NCBI RefSeq assembly: GCF_008000775.2
Contig: NZ_CP042905.2
Location: 3,870,001 to 3,902,000 of the forward strand
DNA from: Promethearchaeum syntrophicum
Lineage (GTDB): Archaea; Asgardarchaeota; Lokiarchaeia; Sigyniarchaeales; Promethearchaeaceae
Reading direction: 5' to 3'
DNA length: 32,000 bases
Shown here: piece after piece, positions 16,990 to 26,997 of the stretch
Layout of the letters: every line of letters starts with the position of its first letter
Position numbering within the stretch: the first letter of the stretch is position 1
Position numbers and translations under genes: made by a program
The notes under the pieces: generated by a model
Seen by the model: only the letters and a program-made list of their open reading frames with translations
Told to the model about the DNA's origin: nothing
Database searches by the model: none

Positions 16990-18012
16990 TTATCCATCTA
17001 CCTGTATTTTATGTTTTTTTAAGGTTTCGAGCATTTTTTCAGTAGTTTTGCAAAAGTTGCATATTTTTGAGAAGGTTGGACTACCGCACTCCACACAAAT
17101 CCTATCTAAATGTTTTTCAGAAGAATTTGCTTTTTCTATTTCCGGTTGCATAACTTTGTAATATCTCCTGAGTAAGCTAATCATATTTCCTCTTCTATAT
17201 TGTTCAATCTCGAGTAAAGTTTTTTTAATCTTAATATTTGAGGCTTGGGCAGAGTAGGGACATTCTGTAGGCAAATGTTCGATATTGTCTAAGTAGGCAT
17301 ACATTGCGATCTCTTCTTCATTAATATAGAATAGTGGTTTCAAACGAGAAATGAGATTTTTCGTTTTGGATTCTAGAAAATAACCAGGTTTTTTTAAAAA
17401 TCCAATGTCTACATTAAAAAAATTATTAACTAGAGAAGTTGCTTCATCAGTTAAATTATGACCAGTTAAAACCACTGAAAAGCCATTATCAACCGCGAAT
17501 TTATTTATATAATGTCTTTTTATTAATCCGCAATAAGAACATTCGCCACGGATTCGATCATCGAGAGGTTTTTGTTTTTGTTTTTTGATAACTTGTTTTA
17601 AATTATGAATATCATCAATATTGAATCCGTTTTTCTCCTTAACATCAATTTTGTGAAATGGAATTTCTAATTTATCGCATAGGGATCGCGCAATTATGCC
17701 TGAATCTTTCGAATAGTTATTCTCTGAAATACCTAATTCAATATAAAGCCCGTGTAATTCAATATTATCTGGATATAACTTCTTCATTATAGAAAGTAAA
17801 ACTTGTGAATCTTTCCCTCCACTTAGAGCAATTAAAATCTTATTTTTCCTTTCACGATGAATTATGTGAGATTTTAGAATTAACTTTTGAACCCTTTTAT
17901 CAACATTTGCGATAAAATGGTCTTTACATAAAGCTAAATTTGAGTGCGGAATGCGATAAACAGCTTTACTTTTACATTCCGTGAAAAATTTACAATATTT
18001 AGCCCTTGACAT
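16990..18012 (-). CDS. PP-loop tRNA thiolation protein, TtuA/Ncs6 (TtcA) family
   Basis: ILIALSGGKDSQVLLSIM PP-loop, GECSYCGLIKRHYIN, VLTGHNLTDEATSLVNN, CPYSAQAS, N-terminal and C-terminal (CVECGSPTFSKICNFC) zinc-binding cysteines. Confidence 0.9.
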   Translation of the reverse strand: MSRAKYCKFFTECKSKAVYRIPHSNLALCKDHFIANVDKRVQKLILKSHIIHRERKNKILIALSGGKDSQVLLSIMKKLYPDNIELHGLYIELGISENNYSKDSGIIARSLCDKLEIPFHKIDVKEKNGFNIDDIHNLKQVIKKQKQKPLDDRIRGECSYCGLIKRHYINKFAVDNGFSVVLTGHNLTDEATSLVNNFFNVDIGFLKKPGYFLESKTKNLISRLKPLFYINEEEIAMYAYLDNIEHLPTECPYSAQASNIKIKKTLLEIEQYRRGNMISLLRRYYKVMQPEIEKANSSEKHLDRICVECGSPTFSKICNFCKTTEKMLETLKKHKIQVDG

Positions 18013-18015
18013 TAA

Positions 18016-19473
18016 TTATTCAATATCCTTATATTTTTGATATTGGTATAAATTCCGAATAACTTTTCCAGCATTTTCTACAGTATCAAATACGGGAACG
18101 CCTTTTCTGACAAAATAATCTCTATTAAATATATCCTCTATTTCATAGGCGACTGTTGGCATTACTAAAGCCACAGGTTTTCCTTTAACTATCTGGCTTG
18201 CTTGAATAATCGTTTCTAAAATTCGTTTCAGAAAAGCTTGACTGAAATTTTGATCCAGCAATAAAATTCGATCATAGATATAATGTTGAGAAATCTCAAT
18301 AATCATCGAATTTATATTCTCATCTTGCATGGTGAGGGTTATAACTTTTTTCATAACGCTTAAATTCAGAAAAGACCCTCCCAAATCGATGGGGTTTGCA
18401 GCGGAAACACCCGCAGATGAGACTTGATCATAATCTTCAATTTCTTTCATAGTTTTTTCCGACAAATACGGAATTTTAAGCCCTAAATCACCTAATATAT
18501 CAGAATTAGTGACACCTAAACCCCCTGAAACGGCAATTATACCCACATTTGGACCTTTTGGTAATATTTCTGGCTTTACAATTTCAAAAGCAATTAGTGT
18601 ATCAATTAATTCCTCAAAAGTCCGGATTTCAACAATACCTGTTTGCTTAACGATCTCGGTCCATGTTTTTAAATCAGTAGGAGTAGCTCCTGTGTGAGTT
18701 AAAGCAGCTCTAGCACCTAATTCTGTTCTACCCCCTCTCCAGACAACTACTGGTTTTTTTTTATTTGCATATTTTAAAGCTGAAATTAATTTCTTTTTCT
18801 CCTCTTCATTTCTACCTAAGTTTTCAAGATACAACCCGATTACCTTAGTTTCAGGATCATCAGCGAGGAATTCAAGAAAATCAGCTGATTGCAGATCGAC
18901 ACTATTTCCTAATGAAATGACCTTTGAAAAAAGAAGATTTTGTTTATGACCCCGCATTACTACATTCGTTGCTATTCCACCTGATTGTGAGATAAAACTT
19001 ACCCCTCCTTCGTCCATTTGATATATCTCTGAACGGAAAGACAACCCGGATTTAGGACAATATATTCCCAAGCAATTTGGCCCAGCTACGCAGAGATTAT
19101 TCTTTTTAATAATTTTTTTTATTTCTTTAGACCGTTTACGACCGATTTCACCACTTTCAGAAAAGCCAGAGGTAAAGATATGAATAAATTTCACCCGATT
19201 CTTAGCACATTCTTGTAAAACATTTGAAACATGTTCAGCAGGGACGGCAATTATTGCATAATCAACAGGTTCTGGAACTTTGGATAAACTTTGATAGAAC
19301 TGCAAACCACCACCAAATTTTTTTTCTTTATGTATCGGATAAATAGCACCATTAAAACCTGTATCGATAAGAGAATGAATCCAATAATAACCTCTTCTTT
19401 CTGATGGTCCAAAAATCGCAACGGTTTTAGGGTAAAAAAACTCTTTTTTTACTCTTCGTTCTTTCAGTGACAT
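18016..19473 (-). CDS. ADP-forming acyl/acetyl-CoA synthetase alpha-subunit-like protein
   Basis: CoA-binding start FFYPKTVAIFGPSERRGYYWIHSLIDTGFNGAIYPIH, FTSGFSESGE, GPNCLGIY, SFISQSGGIATNVV, ALTHTGA, GGLGVTNSDILGDLG. Confidence 0.87.
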   Translation of the reverse strand: MSLKERRVKKEFFYPKTVAIFGPSERRGYYWIHSLIDTGFNGAIYPIHKEKKFGGGLQFYQSLSKVPEPVDYAIIAVPAEHVSNVLQECAKNRVKFIHIFTSGFSESGEIGRKRSKEIKKIIKKNNLCVAGPNCLGIYCPKSGLSFRSEIYQMDEGGVSFISQSGGIATNVVMRGHKQNLLFSKVISLGNSVDLQSADFLEFLADDPETKVIGLYLENLGRNEEEKKKLISALKYANKKKPVVVWRGGRTELGARAALTHTGATPTDLKTWTEIVKQTGIVEIRTFEELIDTLIAFEIVKPEILPKGPNVGIIAVSGGLGVTNSDILGDLGLKIPYLSEKTMKEIEDYDQVSSAGVSAANPIDLGGSFLNLSVMKKVITLTMQDENINSMIIEISQHYIYDRILLLDQNFSQAFLKRILETIIQASQIVKGKPVALVMPTVAYEIEDIFNRDYFVRKGVPVFDTVENAGKVIRNLYQYQKYKDIE

Positions 19474-19597
19474 TACATAAAAATTGGGAATTTAAAAAGT
19501 ATAAATTTTTGGTTTTTTTCCTTATTAATTTTGTATCATGAGGATAATACCAGTATAACATTTTCCATTTTATTTATGGATATTTTCCAAGTTAATT

Positions 19598-19732
19598 ATG
19601 AATATAGAACACAATATTGAACAAATTTTGGAAGAATCGGTAAAACTTTTTTTCCAAATTGGTTTAGAAGATTTGGCACAGAAATGGGATTTAATATTAA
19701 AAAATTATAGATCTTCACTTCAAATTGCATAG
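19598..19732 (+). CDS. Possible 44-aa small protein (below ORF-track threshold)
   Basis: ATG...TAG: MNIEHNIEQILEESVKLFFQIGLEDLAQKWDLILKNYRSSLQIA*, with an amphipathic-helix-like pattern in a ~500-bp intergenic region. Confidence 0.3.
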   Translation: MNIEHNIEQILEESVKLFFQIGLEDLAQKWDLILKNYRSSLQIA

Positions 19733-19989
19733 AATTACATTCGGGTAATATTGATTAATTTTTAATAAAATTAATTTGGAGTCTATTATTATTTCTTATT
19801 ACTTTTGAGGGAGTAAGAGATTCCAGTATGTATCATATATTTCAATCTCATTATATAGAATCAGATAATCCAAAAAATTAAACCGGTTTTTGGTGCGATC
19901 AAGTTTTCTTAATTGGTGAACTTAAATTGAAGCAATGATAACTTCATACTGTTCAAATCATTTTATTAACCTCTGTTAGGTGTTAAAAC

Positions 19990-21840
19990 ATGTGTGGAAT
20001 TTTTGGTTTAATTACAAAGAGAAAGGATATGCCCATAGCTAAGTTAATCCGTGAAGGTTTAGAACGGATGGAGTACCGAGGTTATGATAGCGCGGGTATC
20101 GCTTTAGTTAATGACGGAAAAATCGAACTTCGTAAAAAAGCAGGCAGAATTATAGATATTAATAAAAACGGCTGGTTAGATAGCATGTCGGGGCAATTCG
20201 GCGTTGGCCATACACGTTGGGCAACTCATGGACGCCCTGTAGAATTTAATTCTCATCCTCATTTAGATTGTTCAGGAAAAATCGCTTTAGTACATAACGG
20301 TATAATCGAAAATTATCAAGATCTTCGTAAGGAATTGATTGCTCGGGGCCATAATCTTAAATCTGATACTGATACAGAAGTATTTCCACATTTAATTGAA
20401 GAGTTTATAGGGAAAGGTTTCGATTTAAAAGATTCTGTAATTGAAACTGTTAAATTGTGTAAAGGAGCTTATGGTGTTGTTGTATGCCATGCAGATACTC
20501 CAGAATATATGGTTGTTGCGCGGAAAGAATCACCTCTAATAATTGGGATAACTCCCGGAGAAACAACCTATTGTGGTTCAGACATTCCAGCTTTTCTACC
20601 TTTAACTCGTAAAGCAATTATACTAGATGATGATGAAGTAGCGGTACTTTACCCAGGAGAAGTAGAAATTTTCAAAGTTAAATCTGGTGAAAAAAAGAAG
20701 TTGGATATGATGGATGTCAAATATTCAATGGAAGCTGCCCAAAAAGTACTAGATGGAAAATCGTACAAATGGTTCATGCATAAAGAATTACATGAAGTTC
20801 CTCGTAAAATAAAAGAGCAAATTATGATGCCCCAAGAGGACCTTGATAGTTTCGTTAAAACAATCTTAGAGGCAGAAAGAATTTTTATTACCGCTGCTGG
20901 AACTGCTTTTTATGCAGCTTTAGCGGGAAAATTCCTAATATCTAATTTTGGGGGACCTTATGTTGAAGCTATTTTGTGTTCAGAATTCATAGATACTTTA
21001 CCAAATATGCCAGAAAATTCAGTCGTAATTGCAGTCTCTCAATCAGGAGAAACTGCTGATACTATTGAAGCTATTAGATATGCCCGAGAAAAACATGGAG
21101 CGAAAATTTGCTCAATTGTAAATGTTGTCGGTTCTTCCTTAACACGCTATTCGGATGAAGTGATTATTACTACTGCGGGTCTTGAAATTGCTGTAGCATC
21201 TCAAAAAGCCTATTGCACACAAGTTTCTGCCCTTACTTTGATAGCATTAAGAATTGCTGAACTTAAGGAAACTTACAGTGTTGAAGAAATTAAAAAATTC
21301 AGGGATGCTCTTCTTAAAACAGTAGATATCGCTGAAAATATCTTAATAGAAGAAGGAAAAATAAGAGAAATCGGAGAAAAAATTAGTAATGAAACTAATA
21401 TATATTTTCTAGCGCGAGGAATATCCACTTCAGCGGCATTAGAAGGGGCTTTAAAATTGAAGGAAATAGCATATATCCATACAGAGGCATATGCGGCGGG
21501 AGAATCAAAACATGGACCAATCGCATTAATTGAAGAAGGGTTTCCTTGTATATTTATTGCACCTCCCGATGCAACATATTCTCGGCTCATCGGAAATATA
21601 ATGGAAATGAAAAGTCGCGGAGCAAAAATTATTTCAGTGGTTGCAGATTTTGATGAAAATGTAACCGAAATCTCAGACTATACAATTCGGATTCCTATTG
21701 AAAATAACAAATACGCTATAGCAACCAGTATAGTTCCATTCGTTTTAACATTACAATTAATGGCTTATTTCGTATCTGATTTTAAGGGATTGGATCCAGA
21801 TAAACCAAAAAATTTAGCGAAAAGTGTTACGGTGAAATAG
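19990..21840 (+). CDS. glmS: Glutamine-fructose-6-phosphate aminotransferase (isomerizing)
   Basis: MCGIFGL N-terminal nucleophile Cys, RMEYRGYDSAGIAL, GHTRWATHG, SDTDTE, tandem SIS domains (VAVSQSGETADT), C-terminal AKSVTVK. Confidence 0.98.
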   Translation: MCGIFGLITKRKDMPIAKLIREGLERMEYRGYDSAGIALVNDGKIELRKKAGRIIDINKNGWLDSMSGQFGVGHTRWATHGRPVEFNSHPHLDCSGKIALVHNGIIENYQDLRKELIARGHNLKSDTDTEVFPHLIEEFIGKGFDLKDSVIETVKLCKGAYGVVVCHADTPEYMVVARKESPLIIGITPGETTYCGSDIPAFLPLTRKAIILDDDEVAVLYPGEVEIFKVKSGEKKKLDMMDVKYSMEAAQKVLDGKSYKWFMHKELHEVPRKIKEQIMMPQEDLDSFVKTILEAERIFITAAGTAFYAALAGKFLISNFGGPYVEAILCSEFIDTLPNMPENSVVIAVSQSGETADTIEAIRYAREKHGAKICSIVNVVGSSLTRYSDEVIITTAGLEIAVASQKAYCTQVSALTLIALRIAELKETYSVEEIKKFRDALLKTVDIAENILIEEGKIREIGEKISNETNIYFLARGISTSAALEGALKLKEIAYIHTEAYAAGESKHGPIALIEEGFPCIFIAPPDATYSRLIGNIMEMKSRGAKIISVVADFDENVTEISDYTIRIPIENNKYAIATSIVPFVLTLQLMAYFVSDFKGLDPDKPKNLAKSVTVK

Positions 21841-22960
21841 CAATTCGTTCAATTTGTTGAAGAAATTTGTTAAAATTTTCATATTTTTTAATTAGATTAA
21901 TAAACTCTGTTATATAATTATAAATTTCTTTATAACCGAGTAAATTGTGTAATTTTAATTTCTCAGAATCTAATTCTTCTTTCATTTCAATAAAATTTGC
22001 TTTAGATTCAAATATTCTATCAAATATATGTCTTAATCGAACAATTATGCTCAAGGATAGTGATCTCATATAATATACTTTAATTGGACGATTAGAATTT
22101 GAACTTGAGACGAGATTTATCACAAATGAAATCATACCACTATTCATTAATTCATTTAGTCCATCAGAAATCTGACCGATTGATAACCCGCTTACTTTTT
22201 TAAGGTCTTTTTGAGTTAGTAAAAACCTAGTAATAAAATAGGGCATCAGAAGAGATTTTGATGCACCTTTTATACGTTGAAATAGAGTTTTTTGAAGGAA
22301 TTTAATGATATCTAATTCAATTAATTTGATTTTATTATCATATTCTATAAATTGATACTCAGAAGGAAGAATCTTAGGCTTGAACAGTTCAAAGTTTTTT
22401 TCTAGTGAATTATTAACTTTAAGCGGGTTTTCTTCTTCTAATGAAATTAAGAATTCATCTAAAACTTGATTGATTAATTTAAGCTGTAAAATATTGGAGG
22501 ATAGTTGATTCTTAATTTCTTTACTCCCTCGTAATGAATTAAATTCAGGTTTAGATAATTTATTATTCTTGTGATGTAAAAATTGAATTGTTGATTCAAC
22601 ATATTTATGGGTCATGATAATACTTTGTTTTATTGAATCTTCAAACTTTCCGGGTATTTTGTATTGGTATGTATGAGTGTTAGGAATACGTATTTTTTCA
22701 ACAATATTGAGATTCTGAAGCATATTTAAGGTATTTGATATATTTGCAAGTGAATATCCGCTAAGTGTTTTAAGATCTTTTTGGGTAATATCCTGAAAAA
22801 TCATTAAATATGGAGTTATTGCAGAAATTTTCTTTGATGTACCTTTAATTTTACCGAGATCTTGATAAAATTGAAAAATTTGATCAAAATAGGGTACTAA
22901 TTTTTTATCCATTAAAATATCTTGAACTTTTTTTTGCTCTTCCTTATCCACTTTTCTCAA
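21827..22960 (-). CDS. Transcriptional regulator with two tandem winged-helix (GbsR/MarR-like) domains
   Basis: Internal duplication: ITPYLMIFQDITQKDLKTLSGYSLANISNTLNMLQNLNIVEKI versus LMPYFITRFLLTQKDLKKVSGLSIGQISDGLNELMNSGMISFV. Confidence 0.75.
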   Translation of the reverse strand: MRKVDKEEQKKVQDILMDKKLVPYFDQIFQFYQDLGKIKGTSKKISAITPYLMIFQDITQKDLKTLSGYSLANISNTLNMLQNLNIVEKIRIPNTHTYQYKIPGKFEDSIKQSIIMTHKYVESTIQFLHHKNNKLSKPEFNSLRGSKEIKNQLSSNILQLKLINQVLDEFLISLEEENPLKVNNSLEKNFELFKPKILPSEYQFIEYDNKIKLIELDIIKFLQKTLFQRIKGASKSLLMPYFITRFLLTQKDLKKVSGLSIGQISDGLNELMNSGMISFVINLVSSSNSNRPIKVYYMRSLSLSIIVRLRHIFDRIFESKANFIEMKEELDSEKLKLHNLLGYKEIYNYITEFINLIKKYENFNKFLQQIERIAISP

Positions 22961-23091
22961 GAATATAATAGAATTCGATAATTAAAATTTTTTCATTTTT
23001 TATAATTTTGCGAAAATTTAAATATGGATATTTTCTTAATTTATTTGAATTTTCATAAATTTGTAAAATTTAAAAAATTAAAAAATAAAAA

Positions 23092-23180
23092 ATGATGGTA
23101 GAAAATAGTATGATGAAAGAAGATTCGATGATGGTAGAAAATAGTATGATGAAAAAAGATTCGATGATGGTAAAAAATAC
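23092..23180 (+). repeat. In-frame 36-bp tandem repeat (~2.4 copies) at the start of the PEP-synthase-like ORF
   Basis: atgatggtagaaaatagtatgatgaaagaagattcg / atgatggtagaaaatagtatgatgaaaaaagattcg / atgatggtaaaaaatac; encodes MMVENSMMKEDS-type 12-mers. Confidence 0.95.
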
Positions 23181-25575
23181 AAAAATGCTAATATCTTTTT
23201 GTAAAGAATTTGATGAACTTTTAAATCATGAACTTACATTTGCAGGAGGAAAAGGGGGAGTATTGGCAAAATTATTCAATTTGAAATATCCAGTACCAAG
23301 AGGTATTGTTATTTTTCCAGATAGTTTTAATTCCTATGGTCTAAAAGAGCAAGCTTGGGAAGAAATAAAAAATAAACTTCAAATTTTCGAAGATTCTTAC
23401 GATATTACAGAATTTGCGGTAAGATCATCGGCATTAAGTGAAGATTCAGGCATTGCATCCTTTGCTGGAGAATTTGAGACAGTTTTAAATGTAAAATCTG
23501 AAGAGAAAATAAAGGAGGCAATCCATGTTGTTTTTAACTCCAGATTGAGTGATCGAGTTAAATCCTATAGTAAAGAAAAAGGTTTTAATAGTGATCATCA
23601 AATCGCGGTTGTAATCCAAGAAATGGTTCATTCAAAATATTCTGGGGTTTTATTTACAGCAGATCCAGTCACTGCTAATCGTTCGCTAATGATTGGAAAT
23701 TATACTGAAGGATTAGGAGAAAAATTAGTTTCTGGTGAAATTAACCCCGAAATATTCAATATTAAAAGACCAAAGGGTGAATATGCTGGACCCTCAGAAA
23801 TAGCAAAATTTGCTAAAAAATTATTTAAAATAGCAGTTAAAATTGAACTTGAAATGGGATTCCCCCAGGATATTGAATGGACTATAGCTCACAAAAAACT
23901 TTACATTCTTCAATCAAGACCAATCACAACACTCAAGCCATATAATCCTGTCACAGGAGGATGGAATGATTCTTTAGGAGGAAAATATTTATGGACCTCA
24001 AACAATGCCGGAGAAGGGATGGAAGATATTGTGGTTCCATTTGTATGGTCCTACATGCAGAAAACATTTATAGATTTAGTTAGAATTATTCCTGGAATTG
24101 CACCCATCGGCAACATTTGTGGACGGCTTTATTTCAATATAAGTTATATGTTAACGATGTTTAAATTAATGGGAAAAAATCCCGAACAAGCAATTGATGA
24201 ATTTGCAGAAATGTTTGGAAAAGTCCCTAAAGGTATAGATATGCCTACACTCCCCTATCCAAAAATGACACTAATCAAAATGATGATGAAAAACGCTAAA
24301 CCTATCAAGAAAAATAAAGCGAAAGCATCGAAAAATTATATTCAAAATTTTAAACGAGTTCCTAATATTATTGTCGAATTCTTAGATACCATTCCGAATC
24401 TAAATACACATGAAGAATTAAAGGAGTTCTGGGAAGATAAACTATTTCCATATGCGATAAAATTGCGTTGGATGATGCTTGGACCAGGTTCCAAAAGTAT
24501 GGAATTTACCTCAAAAATTAGAACTAAACTCAAAAAGATTGTTGGAGAAGAAAAAGCCACAATATTAATATCAAATTTAAGTAGCGAAACAGAATTATTG
24601 GATAGTCTTGGTCCCTTAGTAGGATTATCAAAAGTAATCAATGGAGAAATGTCACGAGAGGAATATCTCTTTAATTACGGTCATCGTAGTGCTCATGAAG
24701 GAGATATGACTACACCTCGTCCGATTGAAGATCCAAATTGGTTAAACACAAAATTAGCAGAATTTAAAAAATCAAATATCAATATCAACACTCTATTAAA
24801 AAATCAAAAAGAAAAATATCAAGCAACACTAATTCAATTTCAAACAGATTTCCCAAAAATTGCTAAAAAAATGGAAAAAGACCTAAAATTAGTAGCAATT
24901 AGAAGTAGAGAGCGGGAAAAAAGTCGTTCGGAATCAGTGCGATTTGGTTATGCAATAAGAAAATTTGCCCTCAAAGTTGGTGAAATAACAGGTTTGAACG
25001 ATGATGTATTCTATATCACTATTGATGAAATGCTTCAAATATTAGCTGGAAATATCGCTTCCACAAATTTAATTCACTCTAGGAAGCATAATTTTAATAA
25101 TTATAGAAAATTTCATCCTTATCCCGTTTATATTTGTGGAATTTTTAATCCTGAAGAATGGTATAAAAACCCAAACCGAAGAACTGATATTTATGATGCA
25201 GACAAAATTGAAGATTCTGGTTTTAGAAATTTGGAATCTTCAAATAAAAAATCACAAATTCAAGGATTTTCTGGATCTTCAGGTGTAATTGAGGGAAAAG
25301 TTCGTATATTAAATAGTATCGAAGAAGGAGACAAATTCGAAGAAGGAGAGATTTTAGTCGCAAAATCTACAAATATCGGGTGGACTCTCATATTTCCAAA
25401 AGCAGCTGGTATTATTACAGATATAGGTGCACCTCTCTCACATGCTTCAATTGTTGCTAGAGAATTAGGAATTCCTGCTGTAGTGGGCACAATCAATGCA
25501 ACCATGATATTAAAAACAGGTGACTTGGTTAAGGTTAATGGAACAAAAGGGATCGTTGAGATTCTTTCCGACTAA
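23092..25575 (+). CDS. PEP synthase / rifampin-phosphotransferase-like dikinase (ATP-binding + central + mobile His domain)
   Basis: GGKGGVLAKLFN, FAVRSSALSEDSGIASFAGEFET, QDIEWTIAHKKLYILQSRPI, YGHRSAHEGDMTTPRPIEDP, and C-terminal GAPLSHASIVARELGIPAVVG His domain. No PEP-binding TIM barrel after it. Confidence 0.88.
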   Translation: MMVENSMMKEDSMMVENSMMKKDSMMVKNTKMLISFCKEFDELLNHELTFAGGKGGVLAKLFNLKYPVPRGIVIFPDSFNSYGLKEQAWEEIKNKLQIFEDSYDITEFAVRSSALSEDSGIASFAGEFETVLNVKSEEKIKEAIHVVFNSRLSDRVKSYSKEKGFNSDHQIAVVIQEMVHSKYSGVLFTADPVTANRSLMIGNYTEGLGEKLVSGEINPEIFNIKRPKGEYAGPSEIAKFAKKLFKIAVKIELEMGFPQDIEWTIAHKKLYILQSRPITTLKPYNPVTGGWNDSLGGKYLWTSNNAGEGMEDIVVPFVWSYMQKTFIDLVRIIPGIAPIGNICGRLYFNISYMLTMFKLMGKNPEQAIDEFAEMFGKVPKGIDMPTLPYPKMTLIKMMMKNAKPIKKNKAKASKNYIQNFKRVPNIIVEFLDTIPNLNTHEELKEFWEDKLFPYAIKLRWMMLGPGSKSMEFTSKIRTKLKKIVGEEKATILISNLSSETELLDSLGPLVGLSKVINGEMSREEYLFNYGHRSAHEGDMTTPRPIEDPNWLNTKLAEFKKSNININTLLKNQKEKYQATLIQFQTDFPKIAKKMEKDLKLVAIRSREREKSRSESVRFGYAIRKFALKVGEITGLNDDVFYITIDEMLQILAGNIASTNLIHSRKHNFNNYRKFHPYPVYICGIFNPEEWYKNPNRRTDIYDADKIEDSGFRNLESSNKKSQIQGFSGSSGVIEGKVRILNSIEEGDKFEEGEILVAKSTNIGWTLIFPKAAGIITDIGAPLSHASIVARELGIPAVVGTINATMILKTGDLVKVNGTKGIVEILSD

Positions 25576-25623
25576 AACCTTTTTTTTATAATTATATTAA
25601 TATTTCAAATTCAGGGGATTTGT

Positions 25624-26943
25624 TTGGAAAACTCGGAGGAATTATTAAAAAATCAGAGAGATTTAGGTACTACTGAAACTTATGGTCAATCTGATCAATT
25701 AAACAATATCGCACTAAATCAAAAATTGGTTTTATTTACATTAGGATTATGTTTATTTGTAGATATAATGGGATATTCAATGGTGTTACCATTATTACCA
25801 AGTTTTGCTACTAATTTAGGAGCTTCACCATTTACAATAGGACTAATTATATCTATGAATGCAATCGTGACGATGATTTTTTCCCCTTTGTGGGGAAAAT
25901 TAAGTGATAAGGTTGGTCGGATCATCCCTTTAATAATTTCACAAATAGGTACAGTTATATCATTTATACTATTAGCTTTCTCATCAAATATAACATTAAT
26001 ATTCGTCAGTAGAATTCTTGATGGTATTTTTGGAGGCCAAGCGCCAATTGTCAACGCTTATTTTTCAGATGTTACTAATGATAGAGATCGCCATAAAAAA
26101 ATGGGATTATTATTCTTTGGAGTCTCTCTAGGGATTATTATAGGTCCCGCAATAGGAGGATTACTTGGGAACATTAATTGGGCAATTCCATGTCTTCTAG
26201 CTGCATTATTTGGTACGGGATCCATTTTTCTAACAAAAAAATATCTACCTGAAAATAACACCAGAAATGAACTTATTAATCATAATCCCCCAATTCGACC
26301 AACTCAACAAAAAAAATTGCTGAAATCCGAATTATCTGAAAAAAGAAAGATATTTATACTAATTCTAAGTGAAATTTTCTTTGTAAATTTTGCTTTTTCA
26401 ATTATTAACTCAAGTTTACCAGTATATCTTGATATAAGATTTGATGTTAGTGCAGATCAAATTGGAATTCTTTATACTCTTATCGGAATTGAGATGATGA
26501 TCTTTAGTTTATTAATTTTCAAGCGATTAATTGGAAAATTTGGAGAAAAAAGGATATTTCTTTTTGCAAATATTGGAATGATTTGTAGTTTCATTATATT
26601 TCCATATTTAGATCGGTTTTGGATGATCTATCTGTTCATGTTTTTTAATATATTCTTTATAATGAGTATTAAGCCAATTATTCAACTACGATTAGCAAAA
26701 AAAATCCCTTCGTCAAGTCAAGGTTCAATTAATGGATGGGCGGTAAATTCTAAATATTTACCCAAAATTTTTGCTCCCTTAATAACAACCTATTATCTTG
26801 AAATTGAATTCTTGGGCAGAATAAACTCCTATTTTTTAATTGGTTTAACATCAGCAATCATAGGAATAATGCTTCTTGCTCTGTTTTTACTAGATAGTGG
26901 ACTCGATAAGAAAAAATCAAAGAATGAAAGTTCTCAAATATAA
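25624..26943 (+). CDS. Major facilitator superfamily transporter (TTG start as annotated)
   Basis: Multi-TM ORF with MFS motif GKLSDKVGRIIPLIISQIGT and 12-TM-like hydrophobicity. Confidence 0.87.
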   Translation: MENSEELLKNQRDLGTTETYGQSDQLNNIALNQKLVLFTLGLCLFVDIMGYSMVLPLLPSFATNLGASPFTIGLIISMNAIVTMIFSPLWGKLSDKVGRIIPLIISQIGTVISFILLAFSSNITLIFVSRILDGIFGGQAPIVNAYFSDVTNDRDRHKKMGLLFFGVSLGIIIGPAIGGLLGNINWAIPCLLAALFGTGSIFLTKKYLPENNTRNELINHNPPIRPTQQKKLLKSELSEKRKIFILILSEIFFVNFAFSIINSSLPVYLDIRFDVSADQIGILYTLIGIEMMIFSLLIFKRLIGKFGEKRIFLFANIGMICSFIIFPYLDRFWMIYLFMFFNIFFIMSIKPIIQLRLAKKIPSSSQGSINGWAVNSKYLPKIFAPLITTYYLEIEFLGRINSYFLIGLTSAIIGIMLLALFLLDSGLDKKKSKNESSQI

Positions 26944-26997
26944 ATTCATTCTTCCTCACAATCACTTTTTTACTCGTTTAGCCTATATATTATCATC

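Noticed and set aside
24342-26261. Minus-strand ORFs 24342..24641, 25260..25505, 25719..26054 and 26058..26261
   Set aside because: Shadow ORFs opposite the dikinase-like and MFS genes.
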